The notes under the pieces: generated by a model
The model's database searches: none
Told to the model about the DNA's origin: nothing
Seen by the model: the letters and a program-made list of their open reading frames with translations, nothing else
Origin: an uncultured Eubacteriales bacterium
GTDB taxonomy: Bacteria > Acidobacteriota > Aminicenantia > Aminicenantales > UBA8522
Direction: 5' to 3'
Assembly: GCA_964558915.1 (NCBI GenBank)
Contig: CAZLFV010000001.1
Coordinates: 6,313 to 70,312 of the forward strand
DNA length: 64,000 bases
Position numbers and translations under genes: made by a program
In this document: positions 54,220-63,190 of the stretch, piece by piece
Position numbering within the stretch: the stretch's first letter is position 1
Layout of the letters: each line of letters opens with the position of its first letter

Positions 54220-55668
54220 ATGAAAATTGCGCTCCTCGCCTCTGAAGTTGCGCCGTTCGCCAAAACGGGCGGTTTGGCGGATGTCGCCGGTGCTCTGCCC
54301 AAGGTCTTGAGCAAGCTGGGTCTTGAGGTCGTTGTCCTCATGCCGTTCTATCGCGAGACGAAAAAAAAGAACTTCTCCCTCAAAAAAATTGGCTCAGGCG
54401 GGGAATTTGTTTGGAACGGGAAACCGGAGAATTGTTCCCTCTGGGAATATCGGGAAGCCGGCCTTTCGTTTGTCTTTGTGGAGAAGGATGAATACTTCGA
54501 CCGCGATTATCTTTACGGAACTGCGCAAGGGGATTACCCCGACAACGGAGAGCGGTTTGCCTTTTTTTCCAGGGCGGCACTGGAAAGCCTCAAATTGCTC
54601 GGTTTTCGTCCCGATGTCATTCATGGGCATGACTGGCAGTCTGCCCTCGCCCCGGCATATCTTAAGCATGTTTGTTCTCATGACCCTTTCTTTGCCAGGA
54701 CGCGCTCTCTCTTCACCATCCATAACCTGGCCTATCAAGGCTTGTTCGAGAAAGAAATCCTCGGACGCGTTGGCCTGCCCGAATATCTCTTTAACATGGA
54801 AGACCTGGAATTCTACGGCCGGGTTAATTATCTTAAGGCAGGAATCCTTTATTCTACAGCCGTCAGCACAGTCAGCCCGCGCTACAGCCAGGAAATTCAG
54901 ACTCCTGAATTCGGCTACCGTCTGGACGGGCTCTTAAGAAAACGCCGCGGGTCTCTTTTTGGAATCTTGAACGGAGTGGATTGTTCAGATTGGAATCCGG
55001 CGACCGACAAGTTCATCATTAAGAAATTCGATGTGGGATCTCCGGGAGGCAAGCTCGATTGCAAAGCGGACCTGCTCAGGTCGTTGTCGCTTCCGCGCTC
55101 CAAGGAGGACGTCCCCGTCGTGGGAATGGTTTCGCGGCTGGCCGGACAAAAAGGGCTCGATATCCTTTGTGACGCTCTTGATGGCATGTTCAAGCTTGGA
55201 GTCTATCTTATTGTCCTGGGCACTGGGGAGGAAGTCTTTCAGAAAGCCCTCCTCTCCGCTCAAAAAAAATACTCTCGGTTTTTCGGCCTCCGTATTGCCT
55301 TTGATGAGGCCCTTTCTCATAAGATCTATGCGGGGAGCGACATCTTCCTTATCCCCTCCCGCTATGAACCGTGCGGCCTGACCCAGATGTATAGTCTTCG
55401 CTATGGCACTGTGCCAGTGGTCCGGGCCACCGGCGGGTTGGAGGATACGATTCAAGAGTTCAACTCGGAGACGAACACGGGAAACGGGTTTAAGTTCCAG
55501 GAGTATTCTGCTTCTGCCTTACTGACCTCTCTCCAGAGAGCGGTGTCCGTGTATCGGCAGAAAGAGAAATGGCAGACTCTTCTCACCAAGGCCATGTCCT
55601 GCGATTTTTCCTGGGATCGGTCAGCCCGCGAATATCTCCGTCTCTATGAGAAAATTTCCTCTTCCTGA
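54220..55668 (+). CDS. glgA: Glycogen synthase (ADP-glucose type, GT5)
   Basis: MKIALLASEVAPFAKTGGLADV N-terminus at ATG 54220. HDWQSAL and PSRYEPCGLTQMY motifs. Confidence 0.9.
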   Translation: MKIALLASEVAPFAKTGGLADVAGALPKVLSKLGLEVVVLMPFYRETKKKNFSLKKIGSGGEFVWNGKPENCSLWEYREAGLSFVFVEKDEYFDRDYLYGTAQGDYPDNGERFAFFSRAALESLKLLGFRPDVIHGHDWQSALAPAYLKHVCSHDPFFARTRSLFTIHNLAYQGLFEKEILGRVGLPEYLFNMEDLEFYGRVNYLKAGILYSTAVSTVSPRYSQEIQTPEFGYRLDGLLRKRRGSLFGILNGVDCSDWNPATDKFIIKKFDVGSPGGKLDCKADLLRSLSLPRSKEDVPVVGMVSRLAGQKGLDILCDALDGMFKLGVYLIVLGTGEEVFQKALLSAQKKYSRFFGLRIAFDEALSHKIYAGSDIFLIPSRYEPCGLTQMYSLRYGTVPVVRATGGLEDTIQEFNSETNTGNGFKFQEYSASALLTSLQRAVSVYRQKEKWQTLLTKAMSCDFSWDRSAREYLRLYEKISSS

Positions 55669-55703
55669 TTACTCTCGGATTATTTCTTTGAGCGCACTCC
55701 GGG

Positions 55704-56723
55704 CTATCCCCTGAGAAAACCGGCTGCCGTTTCCGGAGTCACGGGGTTGATATAGAATCCCGTGCCCCATTCAAACCCGGCCACACGCGTAACTACCGGG
55801 ATGATTTCCAGGTGCCAATGATAGCTTTTCTCCAGATTGATCCAGGCTTCATGGGTCAGGTTAGGGTTCGGCGCTTGATGGATAAAATAGTTGAACGGCG
55901 GGTCGGAAAGGACATTCTTGAGCTGGCTCAGGACGGTTCGCAGGGTCTTGGCCAAGACCCCTAATTCTATCTTGCTCATAGTCGTGAACCAGGGAGAGTG
56001 GCGGAGAGGATAGACCCGCATCTCAAACGGGAAACGAGGAGCGAAAGGTGTAATGACACAGAAATGCTCGTTCTTGAGGACAAGCCGCTCTCCGATCATG
56101 GTTTCGTCGCGGATGATCCGGCAAAATATACATTCGCGGAACTGACGGTGAAGCCTTTCACAGTTATATAATTCCTCGTTGACGCCCTTGGGAATGATCG
56201 GAGTCGCCACGATCTGGGAATGCGGGTGGTTAAGGGATGCGCCCGCCTCCCGGCCCTTGTTCTTGAAGACATGGACATACTTGTACTGGAACTCCTTTTC
56301 GATGCTGATGACCCTGTCCCTATATGTCTCCAGCACGCCTTGGATATGATAAAGCGGCAGCTCGAAAAGCTCTTTGTCGTGGGCGGGGGTTTCGATGATC
56401 ACTTCATGCACGCCCGTCCCGTCCATCCACTGGAAAATGCCTTCGTCGTGCCGGACCGGAGGTATCCCCCTGGTTAGAGCGGGAAACTTGTTGGGGACGA
56501 CTCTGACCCACCACCCCGGTTTGTCTTTGCGTGTTCCTTTTCTTCGCCGGGCGAAAACCTCGGAGGGCGTTTTTGATTCATTGCCTTCGCAGAAAGGGCA
56601 GAATCCCGGCTCAACCTCTTTTTTTTCCGGTTGGGCGGGCCGGAAGTCATCCGGCCTTTTACTTCGCTCCGAGGCCAGAATAACCCAACGCCCGCTGACG
56701 ATGTCTTTTCGAAGTTCTGACAT
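55704..56723 (-). CDS. galT: Galactose-1-phosphate uridylyltransferase-family (GalT-type HIT) nucleotidyltransferase
   Basis: 339 aa. CPFCEGNE zinc motif and active-site HPHSQI (HxHxQ). The context suggests an NDP-glucose-related role. Confidence 0.8.
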   Translation of the reverse strand: MSELRKDIVSGRWVILASERSKRPDDFRPAQPEKKEVEPGFCPFCEGNESKTPSEVFARRRKGTRKDKPGWWVRVVPNKFPALTRGIPPVRHDEGIFQWMDGTGVHEVIIETPAHDKELFELPLYHIQGVLETYRDRVISIEKEFQYKYVHVFKNKGREAGASLNHPHSQIVATPIIPKGVNEELYNCERLHRQFRECIFCRIIRDETMIGERLVLKNEHFCVITPFAPRFPFEMRVYPLRHSPWFTTMSKIELGVLAKTLRTVLSQLKNVLSDPPFNYFIHQAPNPNLTHEAWINLEKSYHWHLEIIPVVTRVAGFEWGTGFYINPVTPETAAGFLRG

Positions 56724-56728
56724 GGGCT

Positions 56729-57082
56729 TTAGCCAACGAGCTCCTTGACTTTTGATTTGAGTTCCTCGAGTGAGGCTGACTTAACGATATATGCATCTGC
56801 TGCCCAGGTCATGAAATCACGTTTGTAACTCTGGTAAGCGGTGTTAATGATGATCGGGATGTCTTTGCGCAGGGCCATGATCTGAGTTATAAGGTCAATC
56901 CCGTTTTTCACTGGCATCCTGATATCCGTGATGATGAGGTCGAACTTTTGCTTTTTGACCAATCGGAGCGCTGCGTCCGCATCCATGACTGTGGTCACAT
57001 GGTAGCCCTCCTTGGTCAATTCTTCCTTATACAGAACACACAGGTTTTTTTCGTCTTCCACGACAAGCAATTTTTTCTTCAT
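56729..57082 (-). CDS. Stand-alone response regulator receiver (CheY-like)
   Basis: 117 aa. LLVVEDE, DLIITDIRMP (phospho-Asp) and a later T/K pattern. ATGA overlap with the kinase stop. Confidence 0.9.
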   Translation of the reverse strand: MKKKLLVVEDEKNLCVLYKEELTKEGYHVTTVMDADAALRLVKKQKFDLIITDIRMPVKNGIDLITQIMALRKDIPIIINTAYQSYKRDFMTWAADAYIVKSASLEELKSKVKELVG

Positions 57083-58428
57083 TTTTGAGTTCCCCCTTCT
57101 CCTGTTCTAAAATAGAGTTTAAAGGTTGTCCCTTTTCCTTCCTTGCTCTCGACTTCGATCCTCCCGGCGCAGGCATCCACAACTTTTTTCACGTAGGCCA
57201 GGCCCAGACCCATCCCCTGTTCTTTGGTCGAAACAAGTGTTTCGAATATTTTATCCTTAATGGCCTCGGGTATTCCCTTCCCGTTATCCTGGACGGAAAT
57301 GGCGGCCCATCCCTTACCCTCCCGGTAGGCGCGGACATGAATTTCACCGCCATCAGGCAGCGCGTCCAGGGCGTTGTCGATCACGTTCCTCAATGCTTCT
57401 CCCATATGGGTGGGATCACAGAGGATCGTGTTCAACCCCTTTTCGACTTCGGTCGTTATCGCAACTTTTGTCCGGCCGGCCCTTGCCTTGACCGCGTTGA
57501 CAACGAGCTTGAACATTTCCTGAATGTTGACCGGAACCTTTTCCTTGATATCGATCCGCAGGAATCGGGTGAGCCGGAGAAGGATTCTTTCCAGCCTCCG
57601 AATTTCACTCCGGATGATGAGGAGATTCCGCTTCTGCTTTTTTTTGTCCGTCTTGGAGTCGAGGAGCTGGTCCGCAAACCCGCCGATTGTGACCAGCGGA
57701 TTCCTCAGCTGATGTGTTACAAACATGGCCATCTCTCCCATAGCCGCTACCCTTTTCATGTCCACGACTCTCTTTTGGAGCTTGGATGTATAAATATAGT
57801 TACTGGCGATAAGCCCGCAGACAGAGGCCAATTCGATATCCCGGCTCTGGATGGGCTGCCTCGTGATGGCATTGTCTAGGATGATCTCCCCGAGAACCTC
57901 TTTTTGGGCGAGGAGCGGAATACAGAGGAATTCGTCGACGCCGATGACCTCCTGGAAACGCCTTTCCACCAGGGGTTCGTTCCAGGCATCCTTGACCAGA
58001 ATAATCTCTTGGGAGGTTGTCGCCGCAGCTGGGATTAGAGAGTGCTCTTGATGAAGAGGGTACGAAATCTTTTTCACCCTTTTGGTCAGGTTATCAGCAT
58101 CGCTTGTTAATAAAGACCGGTTGTGTTCGATAATCTCTAAATAGCCGATCCCCGGTGTGGAGAGAAGCCGCCAGATCGAATCGGCCTCGGCGGCAGAAGA
58201 CGGTCCCAGCCAAAACTCGCCTTTCAGTGTGTCTCCGTTGGCCAGAAAGAGCATGGCTCTGTTAAACCCGAGGCCTGGACCAGCAGTCAGGGCGGTCAGA
58301 ATCACGAGAAGGTTATCTATGAGCGAAAAGGGTTGAAAGAAGCTCTGGGCAATGATCGAAAAAAGCTGGAGTTCCTTGGGCGTCCCCGCGGGGAATTCCC
58401 GGATAAAAATGTTGTGGCTCTCGATCAT
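57079..58428 (-). CDS. Cytoplasmic GAF-domain sensor histidine kinase
   Basis: 449 aa with no TM segment. H-box FVTHQLRNPL. N, G1 (DNGKGI) and G2 (GMGLGL) boxes. Confidence 0.85.
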   Translation of the reverse strand: MIESHNIFIREFPAGTPKELQLFSIIAQSFFQPFSLIDNLLVILTALTAGPGLGFNRAMLFLANGDTLKGEFWLGPSSAAEADSIWRLLSTPGIGYLEIIEHNRSLLTSDADNLTKRVKKISYPLHQEHSLIPAAATTSQEIILVKDAWNEPLVERRFQEVIGVDEFLCIPLLAQKEVLGEIILDNAITRQPIQSRDIELASVCGLIASNYIYTSKLQKRVVDMKRVAAMGEMAMFVTHQLRNPLVTIGGFADQLLDSKTDKKKQKRNLLIIRSEIRRLERILLRLTRFLRIDIKEKVPVNIQEMFKLVVNAVKARAGRTKVAITTEVEKGLNTILCDPTHMGEALRNVIDNALDALPDGGEIHVRAYREGKGWAAISVQDNGKGIPEAIKDKIFETLVSTKEQGMGLGLAYVKKVVDACAGRIEVESKEGKGTTFKLYFRTGEGGTQK

Positions 58429-59609
58429 TCGTGTCTCCAGTTTTTGGGGACGACTCGGATCCCTTCCTCGCTGATCATGAAATTCCTGCGGTCTTTCTTG
58501 GAGTCATAGCCGATCTCAAAATTGTCCGGTATCCTGGCGAACTTATCAACAATTGCCCGGCGCAGCCTGGCGCCCCGGCCGATCTGCGCTCCCTCAAAAA
58601 TGATCGAATCCTGCACCAGGGCCCCGGCAGCAATCCTGGTGCCCGGAGAGATGATCGAATGCCGGACAGTTCCGCCCTGGATGCGGCAGCCCGTTGAGAC
58701 AATGGACATTTTAAGGTCGGCCTGGTGAAAATAAGAGGGGCCGTAAGGCGCCTTATAGGTCCTGATTGGCCAGGAGGTTTCATCCAGAGAGAACGGCGGC
58801 TCCGGAGAAAGAAAAGCCATGTTTGCCTTCCAGTAGGCGTCGATTGTCCCGATGTCTTCCCAGTATCCCTCAAAAAGATATGCATAAACCCGCGCCTTTT
58901 GAATCATCCGCGGGATAACGTCCTTACCGAAGTCGTGGCTGCTCTGGGAATCTTTGGCATCCTGGATCAGAGCTCGAATCAACGCGGGCGTGCGGAAGAG
59001 GTAAACTCCCATAGAAATGAGAGAGCTTTTCCTGTCCCAGGGCAGACCGGGTGGACTATCCGGCTTTTCCAGGAATTTGACAATTTTTTGCTCCTTGTTC
59101 ACCGCGACGACACCAAATCGGCTCGCTTCGGCACGCTTCACGGTCTTCGCGAGGACGACCGCTTCGGCCTTTTTGTCCTTATAATATTGGACGATTTTTT
59201 TGTAATCCGCGCGATAAACATGATCACCTGAGAGCACCAAAATGGCCTGAGGATTCTCTTGCTGGATTGTATAAATATTTTGGAAAACTGCGTCGGCCGT
59301 TCCTTCGTACCAATGATCAGCCACCCTTCCCTGGGCCGGAAGAGAGATAATATAGCCGCCGCTTTCAGAATGAAAGATATTCCAGCCGTAAAGAATGTGC
59401 CGTTCCAAGGACAAAGACTTGTATTGCGTCAAAAGAGCGATCTTGCGCAGGCCGGAGTTCAGGGAATTGGAAAGGCTGAAGTCAATAATCCGGTGCCCGC
59501 CCAGGAACGGAACCGACGGCTTGGCCCGGTCCCGCGTCAAAGGGTAGAGCCTCTCTCCCTTCCCACCGCAAAGGATCATGACTAGGATTTTTTCAGATGA
59601 TGTCTCCAT
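58425..59609 (-). CDS. glgC: Glucose-1-phosphate adenylyltransferase
   Basis: Start set at ATG 59609 (alternative 59579). MILCGGKGERLYPLT nucleotide-binding loop and a C-terminal left-handed beta-helix. The upstream 98 codons of the ORF overlap the GH57 gene and were rejected. Confidence 0.85.
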   Translation of the reverse strand: METSSEKILVMILCGGKGERLYPLTRDRAKPSVPFLGGHRIIDFSLSNSLNSGLRKIALLTQYKSLSLERHILYGWNIFHSESGGYIISLPAQGRVADHWYEGTADAVFQNIYTIQQENPQAILVLSGDHVYRADYKKIVQYYKDKKAEAVVLAKTVKRAEASRFGVVAVNKEQKIVKFLEKPDSPPGLPWDRKSSLISMGVYLFRTPALIRALIQDAKDSQSSHDFGKDVIPRMIQKARVYAYLFEGYWEDIGTIDAYWKANMAFLSPEPPFSLDETSWPIRTYKAPYGPSYFHQADLKMSIVSTGCRIQGGTVRHSIISPGTRIAAGALVQDSIIFEGAQIGRGARLRRAIVDKFARIPDNFEIGYDSKKDRRNFMISEEGIRVVPKNWRHE

Positions 59610-61248
59610 GAAGACCCACGACCGTTTCAAAAATCTGATCTTCCTCTTCCCACGTCGCCAGAAGCTTCTGCTCATCTGGGTTGAGGGGTTCCTTTCTCCA
59701 CAGCCATTCGATGAGAGTTCTCGCCCTCTCAAAATGCTCGGCGGCTCTGTTTTCAGAATAATCCCGGGCCGTCCAGGTGGAGATGAGGAAAGGCCAGTCC
59801 GAGCTTTCCAGGAGAAACTTTTCCCGGCTGAATTGCTTGATGAGCCTTTTCTTGTTGGATAAAGGAAGCTGTCTGAGTTTTTTCGCTGCCTCCTCAATCC
59901 CATAGATCTTTTCCCAAATCCAAGATGTGTCGTCGTTGAGCCAGATCCAATGGAAGCCTCCCTTGCCCCAAGAGCCCTCGGGAAGAGAGATTAGCGTATG
60001 GGGATGAACGGCTTCTAGGCACCTGCTCGCCGTTTGAGGCTTTACTGCGGACTTCTTTAGCTTCTTCAAAACAAGGTACAGCCAATCCGGGCCTTCGAAC
60101 CACCAATGGCCAAACAGCTCGGTATCGTATAGAGCGACCACAACTCCCTCTTTTCGGCCCCGCAGGGTTTCCTGGAGGGAGTCGACAAAGTGATCAGAGT
60201 TTTCTTCGAGTCTTTCTCTGGTTTTCTCCGGACTATAAGGTTCTTTGTCGCCGAGGTCCGCGTTGCTCGACGTAATCCTCCAGTATCTCATTCCGCCCGG
60301 AAAATGCTTTTTATGGAACTCGAGGTACCAGCCGTCGCCCGGATAACCCGTCTTACCGCTCCAGACCTGTGTTCCTGATTGCTCGTCCCTGACCAGGAAC
60401 GGCACCTTTGAAGGGTGCGCGAGATAGGCCGAATAAGGGCTCTTGGGGATTTCTCGAGCCACATGATATTCTTTTTTGTATTTTTCCCAGAGGAGCTTAA
60501 GAGCCGGAAAACGGTCTAAATAGACGCCCTTTGCCTCCCCTCCCCGGAGGAGATGCGTATCCACAAAAAAGCATCCCAGGCCTTCTTGACCTAAGATCTC
60601 ATCAATGCCCAAACGTTCGGTCGGCTCCCTTTTTCCCAGCGGCGCTTTCCAAAGATATCCCGGCCTGTAGGCGCATTCAGGAAGCCAGAACCCCTTTGGT
60701 TCGCGGCCAAAGTATTGCCGGTAGGTCATTCGGCCCTGGCGGACCTGGAGGCGGATGCTCTCATCCTGGGAAAGAAGCGGAAAATAGGAATGGGTGGCGG
60801 CCGAAGTCATGATTTCGATCCCGCCTTCATCCTGGAGGCGGCCGTAGGCTGAGACGATGTCTTCTTTATAGGTCTCTACGAAATTTTGAAGGAGGTTTTC
60901 ATACCAGGTTTGCCAGTAGGACGTGAGGCCGAGAAGGGCTGCGTTGCCAATCTTTTCAAAATAGGCGCGGTCCTTTTTGGCAATATCAATCTTCATCCTC
61001 AAGTATTCTTTAAATCCCGGGCCAAAGGTGCTGTTCTTTAGCTGCTCCATGAGGACAGGGGTAAATGAGACGTTGACGTTCGCCGAGATTCCTTCGTTGC
61101 GTAGGCGATAAAAGACATCGAGAAGCGGCAGATAGCTCTCGGCGGCCGCCTCGAAAAGCCAATCCACTCCGTGCGGCCAGCTTCCATGGGCCAAGACATA
61201 GGGAATGTGGCTGTGGAGGACAAGAGAAAAGTATTTAGCGGACATCAT
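59593..61248 (-). CDS. GH57-family 1,4-alpha-glucan branching enzyme-like protein
   Basis: 551 aa. LVLHSHIPYV start, GFWLPECAY nucleophile region, DTELFGHWWFEG acid/base region typical of GH57 branching enzymes. Confidence 0.8.
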   Translation of the reverse strand: MMSAKYFSLVLHSHIPYVLAHGSWPHGVDWLFEAAAESYLPLLDVFYRLRNEGISANVNVSFTPVLMEQLKNSTFGPGFKEYLRMKIDIAKKDRAYFEKIGNAALLGLTSYWQTWYENLLQNFVETYKEDIVSAYGRLQDEGGIEIMTSAATHSYFPLLSQDESIRLQVRQGRMTYRQYFGREPKGFWLPECAYRPGYLWKAPLGKREPTERLGIDEILGQEGLGCFFVDTHLLRGGEAKGVYLDRFPALKLLWEKYKKEYHVAREIPKSPYSAYLAHPSKVPFLVRDEQSGTQVWSGKTGYPGDGWYLEFHKKHFPGGMRYWRITSSNADLGDKEPYSPEKTRERLEENSDHFVDSLQETLRGRKEGVVVALYDTELFGHWWFEGPDWLYLVLKKLKKSAVKPQTASRCLEAVHPHTLISLPEGSWGKGGFHWIWLNDDTSWIWEKIYGIEEAAKKLRQLPLSNKKRLIKQFSREKFLLESSDWPFLISTWTARDYSENRAAEHFERARTLIEWLWRKEPLNPDEQKLLATWEEEDQIFETVVGLHGDII

Positions 61249-63190
61249 GTTCTCTCAGGTTCATGATCACAGAGAATTTTTTCCAGCTGTTCAGGGTGAA
61301 TTTCCAGTGAGGAAGGAAACACATCCCTTGTTGGATTATATCATATCCTTCCTCTGATTGGGAGAGCGTTTCAAGAGGAAAATGCCACATTGCGGGAGGC
61401 GCCGAAAACTCGAGAGCCAGCCGCCGGCCGAGCAAAAGGAGTCCGTTTTTTCTCATTTCCCATTCCTGGCGAAGAAGATATAAGTTCCATTCGCAACCGA
61501 AGAACAACGATATTTCCTTCGCGCTCTGATTCTGGATTTCATAGGCTATGGTGACCGATGTTGGCTCAGGGACGACTTCTTTCGCCACTCTCACAGGCGT
61601 TCTTTCCCCATTGATCCAAACATGTCCGCGCCTTTGCAGGACGATTTTTTCGTCCTTGAGATCGGATTCATACTCCTGGTTGACGAAGTCTCCTTGCTCG
61701 CCAAACTCGATTCGCCGGAACGCTTCCTGGGTGGTCTCTGGATGGAGGAAGTGGTCGAGGAGCGAATAGCGGGGGTGCCAATCATATCTGAATAGAGAAG
61801 CCGCTTCAGGAGGAAGACGTTTAGCCAATTCGTGGATACTTTTTCCTTCCTCATGATCCGGTTCCTTTTGGCGATGGTATGATTCCTCGCTGCGGGACAG
61901 GACATCGGACAAGTTGCGAGAAAGAGGGCGATAATCCAGCTCCACTAGGCTCCCGCCGAAGGAGGGTTTGAGCAGCAGTTGGAACACTTTGCCACGATAA
62001 ATGATTTCTTCCCTGCCGTCGAAATCGTAGTCCGATTTTTCCCAGGCGTGCCGAAGCGGGACCATTTTTTCGGCCTCGATAAGGTGCCGGTAGGCTTCTT
62101 CGCGCAGGTGAGGGAGGTAAAGCCCTCCGAAAACGCCGTGCCAATAGGCGTCGTTACATTGCCCCTGGTAAAGCTCTTTTGCGGCCGCTCTGTTTTTATG
62201 GCTGCTGACCTCTTTGGAAACAAGAATCATCCTTTTATGGAGGTGATTGCTCTCAGGGTATTTTAAGAAGAACTCGCGGAAAAAGCCTCCCCGGAGAAAT
62301 CTTCTGGCCGCGGTGGGGCTGTCCGCCTTGAGCTTCTGGAAATGGCCAAAGTCCTCGGGTCCGAGGATCCATTCCATCATCTCCTCGTAGGATGCCGGCG
62401 GGAGGTAAACCCTGCCGAAACGGGGGCGCGTATCCAAATACTCCGAATAGGTCAGAGTCTTGACCTCTTCTTTTTCCAAAAAGGCCAGAAAATTTTCCAG
62501 CCAGCCCTCTTCATAGACCCAGCGGTTCGTCCCAGGCCAGAGGCCGAATTTCTCGCCGTCGTCCCCGAGAATGGCGACACCGTTCTGCGCTTCAATTTCT
62601 TGGAAATACGGATGAATCTCTTCAACCTTGCGGAATGGAATCATGTAACGAAGCTTTTTATTGACCGGGAAGAGCACGAGCGGGTGTCCTTGTTCTTCGG
62701 TGATGTAGGGCATGAAGATATTCTTAACGCCGGCATAATGAAAGTGCTCTTCGTCGAGCAGCGTATATTCGATATCTGCAAGCGCCAGCGTTTTTGGAAG
62801 CTGCGGCTCCCAGACCCTTTCTGTCAGCCACAGTCCGCGGGCCTTGATCTTGAAATTCTCCTCTAAAAACTCGTTCATCATCCGGATCTGTCCGAGCCGG
62901 TCCTCCTCGGGAATAATCGGAAGAATCGGTTCATAAAAACCTCCGCTCAGGAGCTCAACCTGACCGCGCCGGGTTAACTCCTTGACTGCATCCCAGCAGC
63001 CCTTCTCATTGGCTTCCATGTGCTCCCAGAGCGGGCCGGAAAAATGGAGGGTAAACTTGATGGACGGATGTCTGGTCATCACTTGAAGAAAAGGCAGATA
63101 GCAATCCTGGAAGGCCCTCCTAAAAACAAACTCGAAATTCCCCACAGGCTGGTGATTATGGACGGCGAGCAGGAAAACGAGCTTATTCAT
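61235..63190 (-). CDS. GH57-family glycoside hydrolase (4-alpha-glucanotransferase / amylopullulanase-like)
   Basis: Start set at ATG 63190 (overlaps the upstream stop as ATGAATAA). LAVHNHQPVGNF, GLWLTERVW and GDDGEKFG motifs. Confidence 0.7.
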   Translation of the reverse strand: MNKLVFLLAVHNHQPVGNFEFVFRRAFQDCYLPFLQVMTRHPSIKFTLHFSGPLWEHMEANEKGCWDAVKELTRRGQVELLSGGFYEPILPIIPEEDRLGQIRMMNEFLEENFKIKARGLWLTERVWEPQLPKTLALADIEYTLLDEEHFHYAGVKNIFMPYITEEQGHPLVLFPVNKKLRYMIPFRKVEEIHPYFQEIEAQNGVAILGDDGEKFGLWPGTNRWVYEEGWLENFLAFLEKEEVKTLTYSEYLDTRPRFGRVYLPPASYEEMMEWILGPEDFGHFQKLKADSPTAARRFLRGGFFREFFLKYPESNHLHKRMILVSKEVSSHKNRAAAKELYQGQCNDAYWHGVFGGLYLPHLREEAYRHLIEAEKMVPLRHAWEKSDYDFDGREEIIYRGKVFQLLLKPSFGGSLVELDYRPLSRNLSDVLSRSEESYHRQKEPDHEEGKSIHELAKRLPPEAASLFRYDWHPRYSLLDHFLHPETTQEAFRRIEFGEQGDFVNQEYESDLKDEKIVLQRRGHVWINGERTPVRVAKEVVPEPTSVTIAYEIQNQSAKEISLFFGCEWNLYLLRQEWEMRKNGLLLLGRRLALEFSAPPAMWHFPLETLSQSEEGYDIIQQGMCFLPHWKFTLNSWKKFSVIMNLREHDVR

